From assembly GCA_963806225.1 (NCBI GenBank), contig CAWDXG010000004.1, positions 416,001-480,000 on the forward strand: a DNA stretch of 64,000 bases, given 5' to 3'. This stretch comes from an uncultured delta proteobacterium. GTDB lineage: Bacteria; Myxococcota_A; Polyangia; Polyangiales; Polyangiaceae. This document shows, in pieces, positions 33,676 to 45,108 of the stretch. Under the pieces are notes generated by a model. The model had not been told where the DNA came from and did not search any database. It saw nothing but the letters and a program-made list of their open reading frames with translations. A program made the translations under genes and the position numbers. Each line of letters begins with the position of its first letter. Position 1 is the first letter of the stretch.

Positions 33676-34243
33676 CTACTCGCCCTCGTTCTCGCGGTAG
33701 ATCTCGTCACTGAGGCTGGACGCGGCGTACTTCGCGAACACGCCGTCGCCGTCCGCATCGGCCTTCGCCATGATGACGTACCAGGGCTGTTGCATCTGCG
33801 GCCAGACGGGCGGGTCCGTGATGTCCAGCTTCGGCGGCGTGGTGAAAGGCGGCCCGGCCTTGACCACGTAGCCGAACTGCACGGGGCCGGCGACGGTGGG
33901 ACCGAGCAGCCGCCACTTCTGGTAGTCGTTGCCGCTGGACTGGTCCCAGCCGTAGAGCTTCTTCCCCGGGGTCTTCATCGGGTACCAGCTCGTCATCGAC
34001 GTCGAGACATCGAGATAGGTCTGGTTTTCGGACCGCCAGCGCTCTTCGGCTGCGCGGATGCTCTGGATCATGGACAGGGCTTCCACGCTCTTGGAAGACG
34101 AGACGTACTTGCGGAACAGCATGACCCCGATGATGGCCAGGATGCTGACGATCATGACGACCACCATCAGCTCCACGAGGGTGAAGCCACGAAGCGCACG
34201 CCTGGGGCGGCGCGGACGTTCTGGAGCTGGGCAGCGGATTCAT
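33676..34243 (-). CDS. Type IV pilin paralogue 3; ATG one base out of frame with the leader (likely indel)
   Basis: RRALRG|FTLVELMVVVMIVSIL; homologous to pilin 2 (YLDVST, GPVQ.GY, PWYV, EIY.ENE). Confidence 0.85.
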
Positions 34244-34267
34244 CGGGACCTCGCGTGCGACGCAGCG

Positions 34268-34283
34268 TGCAGGCTCCATGCCA
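34268..34283 (-). promoter_or_regulatory. Sigma54 -24/-12 promoter for pilin 3
   Basis: TGGCATG-GAGC-CTGCA, 25 nt upstream of ATG 34243. Confidence 0.75.
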
Positions 34284-34468
34284 CATGAAACCACAAGCGC
34301 GGGGCGCGCAGTATTGCTGATGGTACCAGGCACGCGGCACGCCGGCCATTCTGCAGCCGCCCGACGCGTCGCCGCGCGGCAGGCTCTTCGTTCGCTCGCG
34401 CAAGAGCGCGGTAAGCCAGGGCTTTTTCATCTCCTGGCGGACCGGCTCGGGGGCGTCACACGCGGCAG

Positions 34469-35881
<1,413 letters not shown>

Positions 35882-36106
35882 GGGGGGCACCGCAGAGCGC
35901 ATACGAACCGGGAACATAGCGCGCCCGCCGGCTGGGCTCCAAAGAGCGCGAGGGGGCCCGCTCCCCCTCCCTCGCCCGAGGATTGTCTGGAGGCTCCCCG
36001 GCCCCTCCCCGCCCAGGCTCCCCGGCCATCCCGACAGGAAGTCCAAGCTTGCTTGTTGCCCCGAACGGTCTACGCTTGAATCCTGCTCTTGTACTTGTCT
36101 GATCGC

Positions 36107-37774
36107 ATGCTTCCGCGAAACTGCTTGCTGCGGGGGTGGCTGTGCGCGTGTGCGGCCCTGGTGGCACTCGTGTCGCTGCCGGCCTGCGGCTCCAGTGCTG
36201 ACAGCGGTGCGCCGTTCACCAGCGGGGGCAGCGGAGGCGGGAGCGGCAACACGGGACTACCCACCTCGCTCTCCTTCGAGCCTTCGGCAACTCTGGCACT
36301 CTCCCCGGGCGAACAGCGCACGCTCCGAGTGGTGGCCAAGCCCGCCGCCGAATATCACATCCGCTTCGCGCTGATCGGCGAGGCTGGCAACGCCGCGCTC
36401 GACTTGAGCGAGGTCGATTCGAACGCGCAGGGCATCGCCGAGGTGGGCCTGACCGCTCCCACCACGCCAGCGACCTTCCGTGTCCGCGCGTCCGTGGGGA
36501 CGAGCGCAAGCGCGGAGGCAGCCGTCTCGGTGAGCGCAGGGGGATTCGTGACCCTCGTCGTCCATCCAGACTACGGAGGCCAGCGTCTCAAGTGGGGCGA
36601 CCGCTGGGTTGCCAGCGTGCGCGCAGGAACCGACTGCGCGTCGCTGACGGGCACCCCTCCCCCGGATGGCGACCTCAAAGCCACCAGCGAAGTTGCCCAG
36701 AATCTCTTCTTCAAGGACCCGCAGATCGACTCGGTGCCGGTCGGCCCGACCCTGACCGTCACAGTCCGGGCGGGTCATTTCGCCGGCGGCTGCGTGGACG
36801 TCCCGCCCCTGGTTGCCGGCCAGCCGAACACGGTGACCGTGCCTGTCGCGGATCGACCGATGCAGCTCGACCAGACAGACCTCGGCGTCGAGCTCGGCAT
36901 CGACACGTCTTCGCCAGAGTGGGCGCAGACGATCTCCACCACCATCAACAACACCGCCGATGCGATGGTAGGCGGAGCCGCCGACGACGTCGTTGCCCTG
37001 CTCGACGCCATGCACACCGCGCTGGGACAGTCGGCGGATGCGACGGCATTCTCGCAGGCCCGCTCGAAGGACGGTTGGGACTCGCTGCTCTACGCAGTGC
37101 TCGGCACCGGCGCCAGCCACGTGGTCCGCACACCGGTCGAGGGCTGGCTCACTTCCGGCGCAGCGACGTTCGGCGGCTCCGGAACTTTCACCGGGCATCT
37201 GGACGGCAAGGGGCAGGACCCCGGCAAGGCTGAGCTGACGCTTTCGAGCGTCGCCGGTCTGCCCCCGGGGAGCGTCGGGTCGCCGACGGACCTCGGCGCG
37301 GTATCCTGGAGCGCCGATCCGGGCGATACCGTCCTGCTCGGTGCCCAGCTGTCGTGGATGCCGTCGCTGCTGGTCACCTCGCTCGCGCTCGCGCCGGCAC
37401 GAGCGGACGTGCCGGCGGCGGCCACCGTGCCGGAAGCCCTGGCCGACCAGGTGGACTGCACCGCTATCGGCAGCGCGCTGGCGGCCGCCGGGTCCAACCA
37501 GACCGAGGCCTACCCGGGTTGCGACGCAACGTGCGCAGCGGCGCTCTGCGGCAACGGGCTTGTCGTAATGTGGGATCGCGCTCGCAAGAGCTCCGCGGCG
37601 AACGTGGAAGCTGCGACGCTCGACATCAGCGCCACCGGCGCGGTCGACTCGGTAGACGACGTGGCGCGTCCGACGCACTTCGACGGGAGCTGGGTGGGCA
37701 AGCTCTCGATCGGGCAGATGCTGCTGTCGGTGGGTGGCCCCGCCACGGGCTACTCGCAGCCTTCGCCGCCCTGA
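36107..37774 (+). CDS. Hypothetical lipoprotein with Ig-like N-terminal region
   Basis: Lipobox LPAC, beta-rich N-half, paired Cys. Confidence 0.75.
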   Translation: MLPRNCLLRGWLCACAALVALVSLPACGSSADSGAPFTSGGSGGGSGNTGLPTSLSFEPSATLALSPGEQRTLRVVAKPAAEYHIRFALIGEAGNAALDLSEVDSNAQGIAEVGLTAPTTPATFRVRASVGTSASAEAAVSVSAGGFVTLVVHPDYGGQRLKWGDRWVASVRAGTDCASLTGTPPPDGDLKATSEVAQNLFFKDPQIDSVPVGPTLTVTVRAGHFAGGCVDVPPLVAGQPNTVTVPVADRPMQLDQTDLGVELGIDTSSPEWAQTISTTINNTADAMVGGAADDVVALLDAMHTALGQSADATAFSQARSKDGWDSLLYAVLGTGASHVVRTPVEGWLTSGAATFGGSGTFTGHLDGKGQDPGKAELTLSSVAGLPPGSVGSPTDLGAVSWSADPGDTVLLGAQLSWMPSLLVTSLALAPARADVPAAATVPEALADQVDCTAIGSALAAAGSNQTEAYPGCDATCAAALCGNGLVVMWDRARKSSAANVEAATLDISATGAVDSVDDVARPTHFDGSWVGKLSIGQMLLSVGGPATGYSQPSPP

Positions 37775-37887
37775 GACGCGCACGCGCACGCGCCGGGCTC
37801 CAGAGCGCGCCGACCTTGCGCGGGGGAGCGCGCGACCTATGCTGGCCGGCACGTCAGAGCCCAGGAGCGCCGCAAGGAGGAGGGAAC

Positions 37888-39465
37888 ATGGGTACCGTCA
37901 GCTCGATCGAGGCCAAGAAGACCAACAATGGCAGCGAAGCCGCCCACGAGCCGTGTGCGCGCATCCAGAGCTACGCGCCCGCCAACGGCGAGCTCGTCGG
38001 CGAGGCGCCGGTGCTGGGCAGAGAGCAGGTTCGTGCCGCGGTAGAGCGGGCCCGCGTGGCACAGAAGGCGTGGGGCGTGCTGCCCGTCGCGGAGCGCGCC
38101 GAGCGCATCCTGCGTTTCCGCGACGCGATGATCGAGCACGCGGATGACATCGTCGCCCTGCTCAGCCGCGAGACGGGCAAGCCGCAGCCCGAAGCGCTCT
38201 CCCACGAGCTGTTCACTCTCGCCAACGTCGTCACCTGGTACGCCAAGCACGCGCCCGCGATCCTGGCGCCGCGCGATGTGCCGCTGCACCTGCTCAAGCA
38301 CCGGAAGAGCGAGGTCCACTACATCCCACGCGGCGTCATCGGCGTAATTTCTCCATGGAACTACCCGCTCGTGATCCCGTTCGGCGACGCCGTCGCAGCG
38401 CTGATCAGCGGCTCCGCCGTGGTCATCAAGCCGAGCGAAGTCACGCCGATGATTGCGCTCGAGATGAAGAAGGTGTGGGACCAGAGCGGTCTGCCGGAGG
38501 ACCTGCTCTCGGTGGTCACGGGCTACGCCGAGACGGGGTCGGCATTGATCGACGCGGGGGTCCAGAAGATCGTGTTCACCGGCGGCGTCGCCACCGGGCG
38601 CCGCGTCGCGGCCGCCTGCGGCGAACGGCTCATCCCCTGCGTGATGGAGCTCGGCGGCAAGGCGCCGTGCATCGTCACCGACGACGCGGACCTCGAACGC
38701 GCAGCGCAGGCCATCACCTTCGCCGGCTTCACGAACAGCGGGCAGGTCTGTATCTCGGTCGAGCGCGTGTACGCGCACCGCGACATCTACGATCGGCTGG
38801 TCGACCGCGTAACCGAGCTGACCGGCAAGCTGCGCCAGGGCGACCCGGCGAAGCAGACGGTGGACGTGGGCGCCATCATCTTCCCGCGGCAGATCGAGAT
38901 CGCCGAGAAGCACATCGCCGACGCTGTCGCCAAGGGAGCCAAGCTGCGTACCGGTGGCAAGCGCCCCGCGCTCGACGGTCAATTCTTCGAACCGACGGTG
39001 CTGGCCGACTGCAGCGAGGACATGACCGTCATGCGCGAGGAGATCTTCGGTCCCATCGTGCCGTTCATGAAGATCGATAGCGATGAGCAGGGCATCGAGC
39101 TGGCCAACGCGTCCGAGCTCGGTCTGAACGCCTACGTCTTCAGCGGCAGCCGCGACCGTGCGAGAATGATCGCCGAACGCGTGCAGGCGGGCAGCGTACT
39201 GGTGAACGACGTTCTGACGAACTATGCCTGTCCGGAGACGCCGTTCGGAGGCATCAAGAACAGCGGCTTCGGCCGGGTGCACGGCGAAGACGCGCTGCGC
39301 GACATGTGCGAGGTCCGGCACATCTCGTTCGACCGCGTGCGCCCCCCGAGCCGCGATCCGATCTGGTTCCCGTACTCCGAAAAGGCCTACCGGTGGGCGC
39401 TCAAGGGCACGAAGGCGCTGTTCGGCGGGCGCGGAGTCGTCGCCCGACTGGGCAAGCTCCTGTAG
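37888..39465 (+). CDS. NAD(P)-dependent aldehyde dehydrogenase
   Basis: PWNYP, IKPSE, FTGG, MELGGK, NSGQVC, EEIFGP, PFGG.K.SGFGR; RBS GGAGG. Confidence 0.95.
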   Translation: MGTVSSIEAKKTNNGSEAAHEPCARIQSYAPANGELVGEAPVLGREQVRAAVERARVAQKAWGVLPVAERAERILRFRDAMIEHADDIVALLSRETGKPQPEALSHELFTLANVVTWYAKHAPAILAPRDVPLHLLKHRKSEVHYIPRGVIGVISPWNYPLVIPFGDAVAALISGSAVVIKPSEVTPMIALEMKKVWDQSGLPEDLLSVVTGYAETGSALIDAGVQKIVFTGGVATGRRVAAACGERLIPCVMELGGKAPCIVTDDADLERAAQAITFAGFTNSGQVCISVERVYAHRDIYDRLVDRVTELTGKLRQGDPAKQTVDVGAIIFPRQIEIAEKHIADAVAKGAKLRTGGKRPALDGQFFEPTVLADCSEDMTVMREEIFGPIVPFMKIDSDEQGIELANASELGLNAYVFSGSRDRARMIAERVQAGSVLVNDVLTNYACPETPFGGIKNSGFGRVHGEDALRDMCEVRHISFDRVRPPSRDPIWFPYSEKAYRWALKGTKALFGGRGVVARLGKLL

Positions 39466-39486
39466 CCGCGCACCTTCGGCCCGGGC

Positions 39487-40731
39487 TCAAAGCTCGTTGC
39501 GGGACAGGCGCGCCTGGATGACGAACGCGTACGCCGCCAGCGCCTCGTTTGCGGAAATCGCGCGACCCGAGCGCGACTCGCGCACCAGCGCGCGGAAGCG
39601 CAGGTAGCGCGGGCCGTCGAGGCCGAGCAGCATCGCCACGGTCGCCGGGTCGCGCGGCGCGTCGGCCGTGCTGCCGAGCAGTGTCGCGGCGCTCGCCAGC
39701 ACGCGGGATACCAGTTGATCAGCAAGCGCCACCGCGCTTTCGAACTCCGTCCGCGCCAGCGCGGTCTCGAGCTCGCGCACGGTGTCCTGCTCGGCCGCGG
39801 GCCAGAGCACAGAGAAGCTAGCCACCTCTCTGGACAGCTCGCTGCGTGGTGGTTCGTCCGGCGCCCCCACCGGTCCGGGGAACGTCTCGGCCCGGGGACG
39901 ATACGGAGCCGGCGCCACGCCGGGCGAGGGTGGCGTGGCTTCGCGGCGCGCCGACCGGTCCGCGTTGGCCGGGGTCACACCGGGCTCGGCTCCCGCGGCG
40001 ACCGCCAGCTCCACCTGCTCCTCCGCCGCGGCGCGCGTCGGCGCAACGACGGGCCGGGCCCCGCTGCTGTCGGCGCGCCGGAGCGCCTCCGCGAGGCCTT
40101 CTTCCGGCAGTTCGAGCGCCTGCCCCGCCGCGCGCCGCTGTTCCGGCATGCGCCGCTCGAAGTCGTCGAGCACGGTACGCGCGATGGCTTCCAGTGCCTC
40201 GAACACCCCATCTCCGCGCGTCGCCACGGTGGCAAATGACGGCACGCCGTAGCGGTTGAGCTTCGGCTCGAGCTCCTCGACCGGCACCACATCGCCCAGG
40301 TCGCGCTTGTTGTGCTGGATGACGTGGGGGATCTCCTCGAGCGAGCGGCCGTGCTCGCGCAGGTTGTCGCGGAGATTGTCCAGGCTCTCGAGATTGGCGT
40401 CGAAGCGGGCTCGCTGCGAATCCACGACCAGCACCACACCGTCTGCGCCCGTGAGCACCAGCTTGCGCGTCGCGTTGTAGTAGACCTGCCCCGGAACCGT
40501 GAAAAGCTGCAGCCGCACGGCCAGCCCGCGGACGTTCGGCACGCGGATCGGCAGAAAGTCGAAGTAGAGCGTGCGGTCGACCGGGGTCGCCAGGCTCACC
40601 ATCTTGCCGCGGTGCTCCGCCTTGGTGTTGGCGTGGATGTACTGGAGCGTGGTCGTCTTCCCGCCAAGCCCAGGCCCGTAGTAGACGATCTTGAAGACGA
40701 GCTCCCGCGCCAGCGGGTTCACGACGGGCAT
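39487..40731 (-). CDS. MglA-family small GTPase with ~220-aa C-terminal extension
   Basis: KIVYYGPGLGGKTT, DRTLYFDF, LFTVPGQVYY, NKRD. Confidence 0.9.
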   Translation of the reverse strand: MPVVNPLARELVFKIVYYGPGLGGKTTTLQYIHANTKAEHRGKMVSLATPVDRTLYFDFLPIRVPNVRGLAVRLQLFTVPGQVYYNATRKLVLTGADGVVLVVDSQRARFDANLESLDNLRDNLREHGRSLEEIPHVIQHNKRDLGDVVPVEELEPKLNRYGVPSFATVATRGDGVFEALEAIARTVLDDFERRMPEQRRAAGQALELPEEGLAEALRRADSSGARPVVAPTRAAAEEQVELAVAAGAEPGVTPANADRSARREATPPSPGVAPAPYRPRAETFPGPVGAPDEPPRSELSREVASFSVLWPAAEQDTVRELETALARTEFESAVALADQLVSRVLASAATLLGSTADAPRDPATVAMLLGLDGPRYLRFRALVRESRSGRAISANEALAAYAFVIQARLSRNEL

Positions 40732-40753
40732 GGCGACCGAGGATATCCGAAAA

Positions 40754-41602
40754 TCAGTACTGCATCCCGAGTTTGATCTCCTGGCGCCGCACCATCTTCC
40801 AATAGGGCGAACGCTGCGCCAGCACCACGGACGCCAGGCTCGCCACGACCAGACCGGCCGCGATCCAGCCGAGCAGCTTCGCGCGACGCCAGGGACGCGC
40901 TTCCTTGTAGAACAGATAGCCGAGCGGCGCTCCGGAGATCCCACCGACGGCGTGCGCGATGTTGTTCACCGGCATCGCCAGCGAGAAGATCACCGTGTAG
41001 ATGACGACCCGTCCCAGAAACTGCTTCCAGATCGGATCGCGCTTCGCGTAGAGGTACCCGACCAGCGCGCCGATCAGCCCGAATAGCCCGCCGCTGGCGC
41101 CGCCCGTCGCGGGCGAGATCGGCTGCATCGAGTACCAGAACCCGCTGGCTGCGAACCCGACGAAGCCCGTCACCACGAAGATGATGCAGAAACGCGCCGA
41201 GCCGAGCCGCGGCTCGAGGGCGCGGCCCAGGTCCCACAGCGCCCACATATTGAGGCCCAGGTGCAACAGGCCGAAGTGGAAGAAACACGCGGACAGATAG
41301 CGCCACGGCTCCACGCGTCCCAGCGGCGCGATCAGCGCGCCGAACCGGAGCTCGGTCGAGCGCGCGTAGCCGCCGAAGATCTGGAACTTGTGCGCGTCCA
41401 GGGTCGTGAGAGCGAACACCAGCACACACAGGCCGATGAACAGCTTCGTCAGCTGCAGCTCCCGCCCCAGAACGGAGTGGTACAGATCCACCGCGCCGCG
41501 GGCCAGCGGCCCTGGAAAGGCCCGGCCACAGCGGTAGCAGCGCGTCTCGTGGGCGCTGTTCAGGGCTCCGCAGTGGGGGCAGACGCGCGAGCTGTGGGCC
41601 AT
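40754..41602 (-). CDS. Rhomboid intramembrane serine protease with N-terminal zinc ribbon
   Basis: CPHC..CYRC, WR, H....HL..NM, GASG (catalytic Ser), AHAVG (catalytic His). Confidence 0.9.
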   Translation of the reverse strand: MAHSSRVCPHCGALNSAHETRCYRCGRAFPGPLARGAVDLYHSVLGRELQLTKLFIGLCVLVFALTTLDAHKFQIFGGYARSTELRFGALIAPLGRVEPWRYLSACFFHFGLLHLGLNMWALWDLGRALEPRLGSARFCIIFVVTGFVGFAASGFWYSMQPISPATGGASGGLFGLIGALVGYLYAKRDPIWKQFLGRVVIYTVIFSLAMPVNNIAHAVGGISGAPLGYLFYKEARPWRRAKLLGWIAAGLVVASLASVVLAQRSPYWKMVRRQEIKLGMQY

Positions 41603-41831
41603 GTGAGCCGGTCCGATCTGCGGGCTCGCGAGCTGGATCGCAAGTCGAATCCGCACTGTGGGCAGGATCTGCAGCGATCAAGCGTAAGGCGGCACCGCTC
41701 TGGCCCGTTGTCCGGGCATGACAATGGGCGCCGCAGCCTGGGCCTTTCCGGCCACCCTGCCCGGAGCGCTGACCGGCGGCCGGACGCCTCTTGTCGAGCC
41801 CCGGGCCGCGCTCTTGTGTAGAGTCGCCGGC

Positions 41832-42425
41832 GTGGCGGAGCCGGACGAGGAGCTGGCGGCGGAACGGCGCCTGTGCGAGCAAGCGCAGGCCGGCGACCGC
41901 GCGGCGCTGGGCGAGATACTCAGGCGCCACGGACCCCGGCTGTTCCGCAGCGTGCTGTTGCCCCGACTCGGCAGCACCGCCGCCGCAGAAGAGGCCCTCT
42001 CCGTCACGTACATGAAGGTCGTAGAGCGGTTCAGCCAGTTCTCCTGGCAGAACGTCGGCGTCTACCCCTGGCTGCGCGTGGTCGCGCTCCGGGTTGCACT
42101 CGACCAGCTCCGGGCCCGCAAGCGCGAGGTGCTGTTCGAGCCCAGCGACATCGAGCGCGAGCTGGACGCGAGCGACAGCGACCCGCAGGACGCCGAGCTC
42201 ATCGAGAAGCAGGATCTGGCGCTCGCCCGGGAGCGTGTCGAGCGCCTGCTGTCGCGCATCAACCCGCGCTACGCCACCGCCATCCGCCTGCGGGTGCTGG
42301 AGGAGCGCTCGCGGGAGGAAGCGGCGGGGCAGCTCGAGGTCAGCGTGGCAACATTCGACGTGGTACTGCATCGAGCGATGGCGGCCCTCCGCAAGGCGCT
42401 CGCAGCCGAAATGGGCGACTCATGA
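41832..42425 (+). CDS. ECF RNA polymerase sigma factor
   Basis: GDRAAL, AEEAL...Y.K, PWL..VA, region-4 HTH S.EEAA..L.VS.AT....LHRA; start may be 41718. Confidence 0.88.
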   Translation: MAEPDEELAAERRLCEQAQAGDRAALGEILRRHGPRLFRSVLLPRLGSTAAAEEALSVTYMKVVERFSQFSWQNVGVYPWLRVVALRVALDQLRARKREVLFEPSDIERELDASDSDPQDAELIEKQDLALARERVERLLSRINPRYATAIRLRVLEERSREEAAGQLEVSVATFDVVLHRAMAALRKALAAEMGDS

Positions 42426-43015
42426 GCCAGCGATCGGACAATCCCACCGGAAGCGACCTGCTTTCTCCCGAGCAGGACCGGGAGCTCGCCCTCGCGCTCC
42501 AGGCCGCGTGGGCGCCGGCGGAGCTCGACCCGGCGCTCAACGAGATGCTGATCGAAGCGGCGCTGGAGGACCCCTTCGCGGAACCGAGCGAGGAGGAAGT
42601 CGCCGAGAGCGAGCGGCTGCGGCAGGCGCTCGACGGAGAAGGCGAGCACCCCGATGCGGCGTTGGCGCGCGCGCTGGCGCTGGCGCACGCACCGCCCGGA
42701 TTGACGGAAGAGCAGAACCGCGGTCTGGCGCGCCACGCGCTGGCACGCCGGTCCAACGTCATCTATGTCGCATTCGGCGCGGCGGCGACCCTGGTAGCAG
42801 CTGCCGCTGCTGTGTTGCTGTTCCTGTTCCCGGCGTCGCGGAGTGCCACTCCTACGAATCGCCAGGTCGAGAAGATCGCCGTCTCGCGTTCGACCGTGCC
42901 GCTGTTCGACAAGAAGTTCGATACGGCCGACACGACAGCTCGAATCGACCGTATCGCCAGCGCGCGCGCGCGCGATCTCAGGCGGAACCAGTACGCGATG
43001 TGGGGTGTGCGGTGA
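42422..43015 (+). CDS. Single-pass membrane protein, putative anti-sigma factor
   Basis: ATGA coupling to the ECF gene, acidic cytoplasmic N-terminus, one Ala-rich TM, short outer domain. Confidence 0.65.
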   Translation: MSQRSDNPTGSDLLSPEQDRELALALQAAWAPAELDPALNEMLIEAALEDPFAEPSEEEVAESERLRQALDGEGEHPDAALARALALAHAPPGLTEEQNRGLARHALARRSNVIYVAFGAAATLVAAAAAVLLFLFPASRSATPTNRQVEKIAVSRSTVPLFDKKFDTADTTARIDRIASARARDLRRNQYAMWGVR

Positions 43016-43608
43016 ACGGCCGCCGCTCCTGCCTGGTGTGGCTGGTGATGGCCGTGGCCCTGGCCGTGCTGGCCTCCGGCTGCGCGAAACGCGAAGCAGC
43101 GCAGCAGACACTGGAGTGCCCGGGCCTCGACGCCGGCAAGCCGGTGGATCCCGTGCTCCTTGCTTTCCTGTCGCGCGCGCGCGCGGCGCACCACCTCGCC
43201 GACCAATACGAGGAGCAGAAGGATCCAGCCGGCGCCATCGCGGCACTGCAAAAGCTCGTCCGCGGGCCGGTCCCGGGCGGCGCGAGCCCGCCGCCTGAAG
43301 CGCGCGAGGTGTTGTCGGACACCCGGGCGCGGCTTGCGGATCTGGAGAGCCAGCTGGGCCGCTTCGGCGACGCAACCGAGGACGTCGACGAGGGACTGAA
43401 GCTCGCCCCCGAGCCCAGCTACTACCAGGGTCACCTGTTCGAGGTCCGCGGCCTACTGGAGGAGCGCCGTTCCAAGCGGCTCGCGAAGGACGGCAAGACC
43501 GACCAGGCGAAGCAGGCGCGTGAGCGGGCGCTCCAGGCGTTCGAGAAGTCGATGCGCATCCAGGCGGGAGTCATCAAGAAGGCCGTGCCCGACGCGGGGT
43601 CCCCGTGA
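43012..43608 (+). CDS. TPR-like lipoprotein
   Basis: GTGA coupling, lipobox ASGC, helical repeats. Confidence 0.75.
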   Translation: MNGRRSCLVWLVMAVALAVLASGCAKREAAQQTLECPGLDAGKPVDPVLLAFLSRARAAHHLADQYEEQKDPAGAIAALQKLVRGPVPGGASPPPEAREVLSDTRARLADLESQLGRFGDATEDVDEGLKLAPEPSYYQGHLFEVRGLLEERRSKRLAKDGKTDQAKQARERALQAFEKSMRIQAGVIKKAVPDAGSP

Positions 43609-44048
43609 AGCCGGGTCGCTGCCTGCTGGTGCTGCCGGGCCTGCTGCTCGCCGGCTGCGGTGGCGCTACCCGGTCAGCGGTGCCGAAGACGCCCGAAGCG
43701 CCCGCTGAAGCCCCCGGCCCGGCCGGGGGATATGCCGCGCCACCCAGCTCGATGCAGCAGCAGGAGCCAGCAAAAGGCGCGCCGCCTGCAGCCAAGGACG
43801 ATCGCGATCTCGACCAGCCGATGCCGACCCTCGAGGACGCGCTCTCGACATTCAACCAGGCCCAGGCACGCCTCTCGGCGAGCGGCAACAATTGCCGGAC
43901 CGCATGCCGAGCACTCGGCTCCATGCGGCGCTCCGCGGATCGCATCTGCGACCTCGAGCCGGCAGAGCCGCAAAATCGTTGCGAGCGTGCCCGGCGGCGG
44001 CTGCGCGACGCGGAGAAGCGCGTCCACAGCGGCTGCGGCGAGTGCTAG
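43605..44048 (+). CDS. Cys-rich helical lipoprotein
   Basis: Lipobox LAGC; C..ACRAL.SM.R.A..IC...RC...CGEC. Confidence 0.8.
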   Translation: MKPGRCLLVLPGLLLAGCGGATRSAVPKTPEAPAEAPGPAGGYAAPPSSMQQQEPAKGAPPAAKDDRDLDQPMPTLEDALSTFNQAQARLSASGNNCRTACRALGSMRRSADRICDLEPAEPQNRCERARRRLRDAEKRVHSGCGEC

Positions 44049-44058
44049 AAGCGCCGGA

Positions 44059-44994
44059 GTGCGAAGCCGGGCGGCACCGACGAGCCTCGACCTCTGCGAC
44101 CTGCGCCGCGGAGGCAGCTGGACACTACGCCAGAAGCTGAAGAACGCGTCGCTCCTCGTCGCCATCCGCTTTCTGCTCTTCATCGCCGACCGCATGCCGC
44201 GCGCCGCGTTGATCACCACTGGCAGCGCTCTGGGGCGCCTGTGCCACGGTCTGTTCCGGAGCGAGCGGCGGCAGGGGCGGGAGCTGGCAGAGCAGGCATT
44301 GCCGACCCTTGCCGCGCGCCGCCTGGTGCGCCGGAGCTTCGAGAACGCGGGACGCAACCTGGCACAGTGTCTGCTGCTGCGACGCCCGACGCCCGCGGCG
44401 CTGGAGCTGATCGAGGTCAACGAGCTCTCGCGCCGCACGCTCGAGGCTGCACTCGCCGAAGGGCGCGGCGCCGTGTTCGTGAGCCCCCATCTGGGCCCGT
44501 TCGAGCTCGTCGCTGCGGCGGTCGCGGAGCTGGGACACCGACCGGTCGCGGTGGTCCGCGAGAGCTACGATCCGCGCCTGGACCCGATCGTCGACGCGCA
44601 CCGACAGCTCAGGGGAGTCGGCGTGATCCACCGGGGGCACCCCGGCGCTCCGCTGCGGATCGTGCGCGCGCTGCGCGAGGGGCGCCCGGTCGGATTCCTG
44701 CCCGATCTCCCGAGCCGCGTACCGAGCGTCAGGTGCCGACTGCTCGGCAGGCCCTGGCAGCTGCCCGTCGGACCCCAGCGCATCGCGATCCGCTGCGCGA
44801 GCCCGTTGCTGGTCGGCTCGCTGGTCCCGGCGCGACGGCCGGCCGAAAGGCCGGCAGCGTTTGGGCTTGAAATCCGCCAAATCGAGCCCAGCGACGACGA
44901 GCTAGTCTTGACGCAACGCGTAGCCGACGCGCTGTCCGACGCCATCCGCCAGCTGCCCGATCATTGGCTTTGGATGGCGCCGAGGCATCGGTGA
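44059..44994 (+). CDS. Lipid A / lysophospholipid acyltransferase (LpxL/HtrB family)
   Basis: GRG.VFVSPHLGPFE (HX4E), ALREG..VGFLPD, PDHWLW. Confidence 0.8.
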   Translation: MRSRAAPTSLDLCDLRRGGSWTLRQKLKNASLLVAIRFLLFIADRMPRAALITTGSALGRLCHGLFRSERRQGRELAEQALPTLAARRLVRRSFENAGRNLAQCLLLRRPTPAALELIEVNELSRRTLEAALAEGRGAVFVSPHLGPFELVAAAVAELGHRPVAVVRESYDPRLDPIVDAHRQLRGVGVIHRGHPGAPLRIVRALREGRPVGFLPDLPSRVPSVRCRLLGRPWQLPVGPQRIAIRCASPLLVGSLVPARRPAERPAAFGLEIRQIEPSDDELVLTQRVADALSDAIRQLPDHWLWMAPRHR

Positions 44995-45108
44995 TTGCAG
45001 AGGAATCCGCCCCGACGATAGACTTCCCCGCTATGTGACGAGTCGCGAACCGGCGACCTCCCGGAGCGGAGGCCGGCGGGCACGGCCGCCCGGGGGTCTC
45101 TGCACAAG

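Noticed and set aside
34190..34243. Phase-variable switch in the pilin 3 leader
   Set aside because: No long homopolymer or microsatellite (longest run about 4); the indel resembles others in the window
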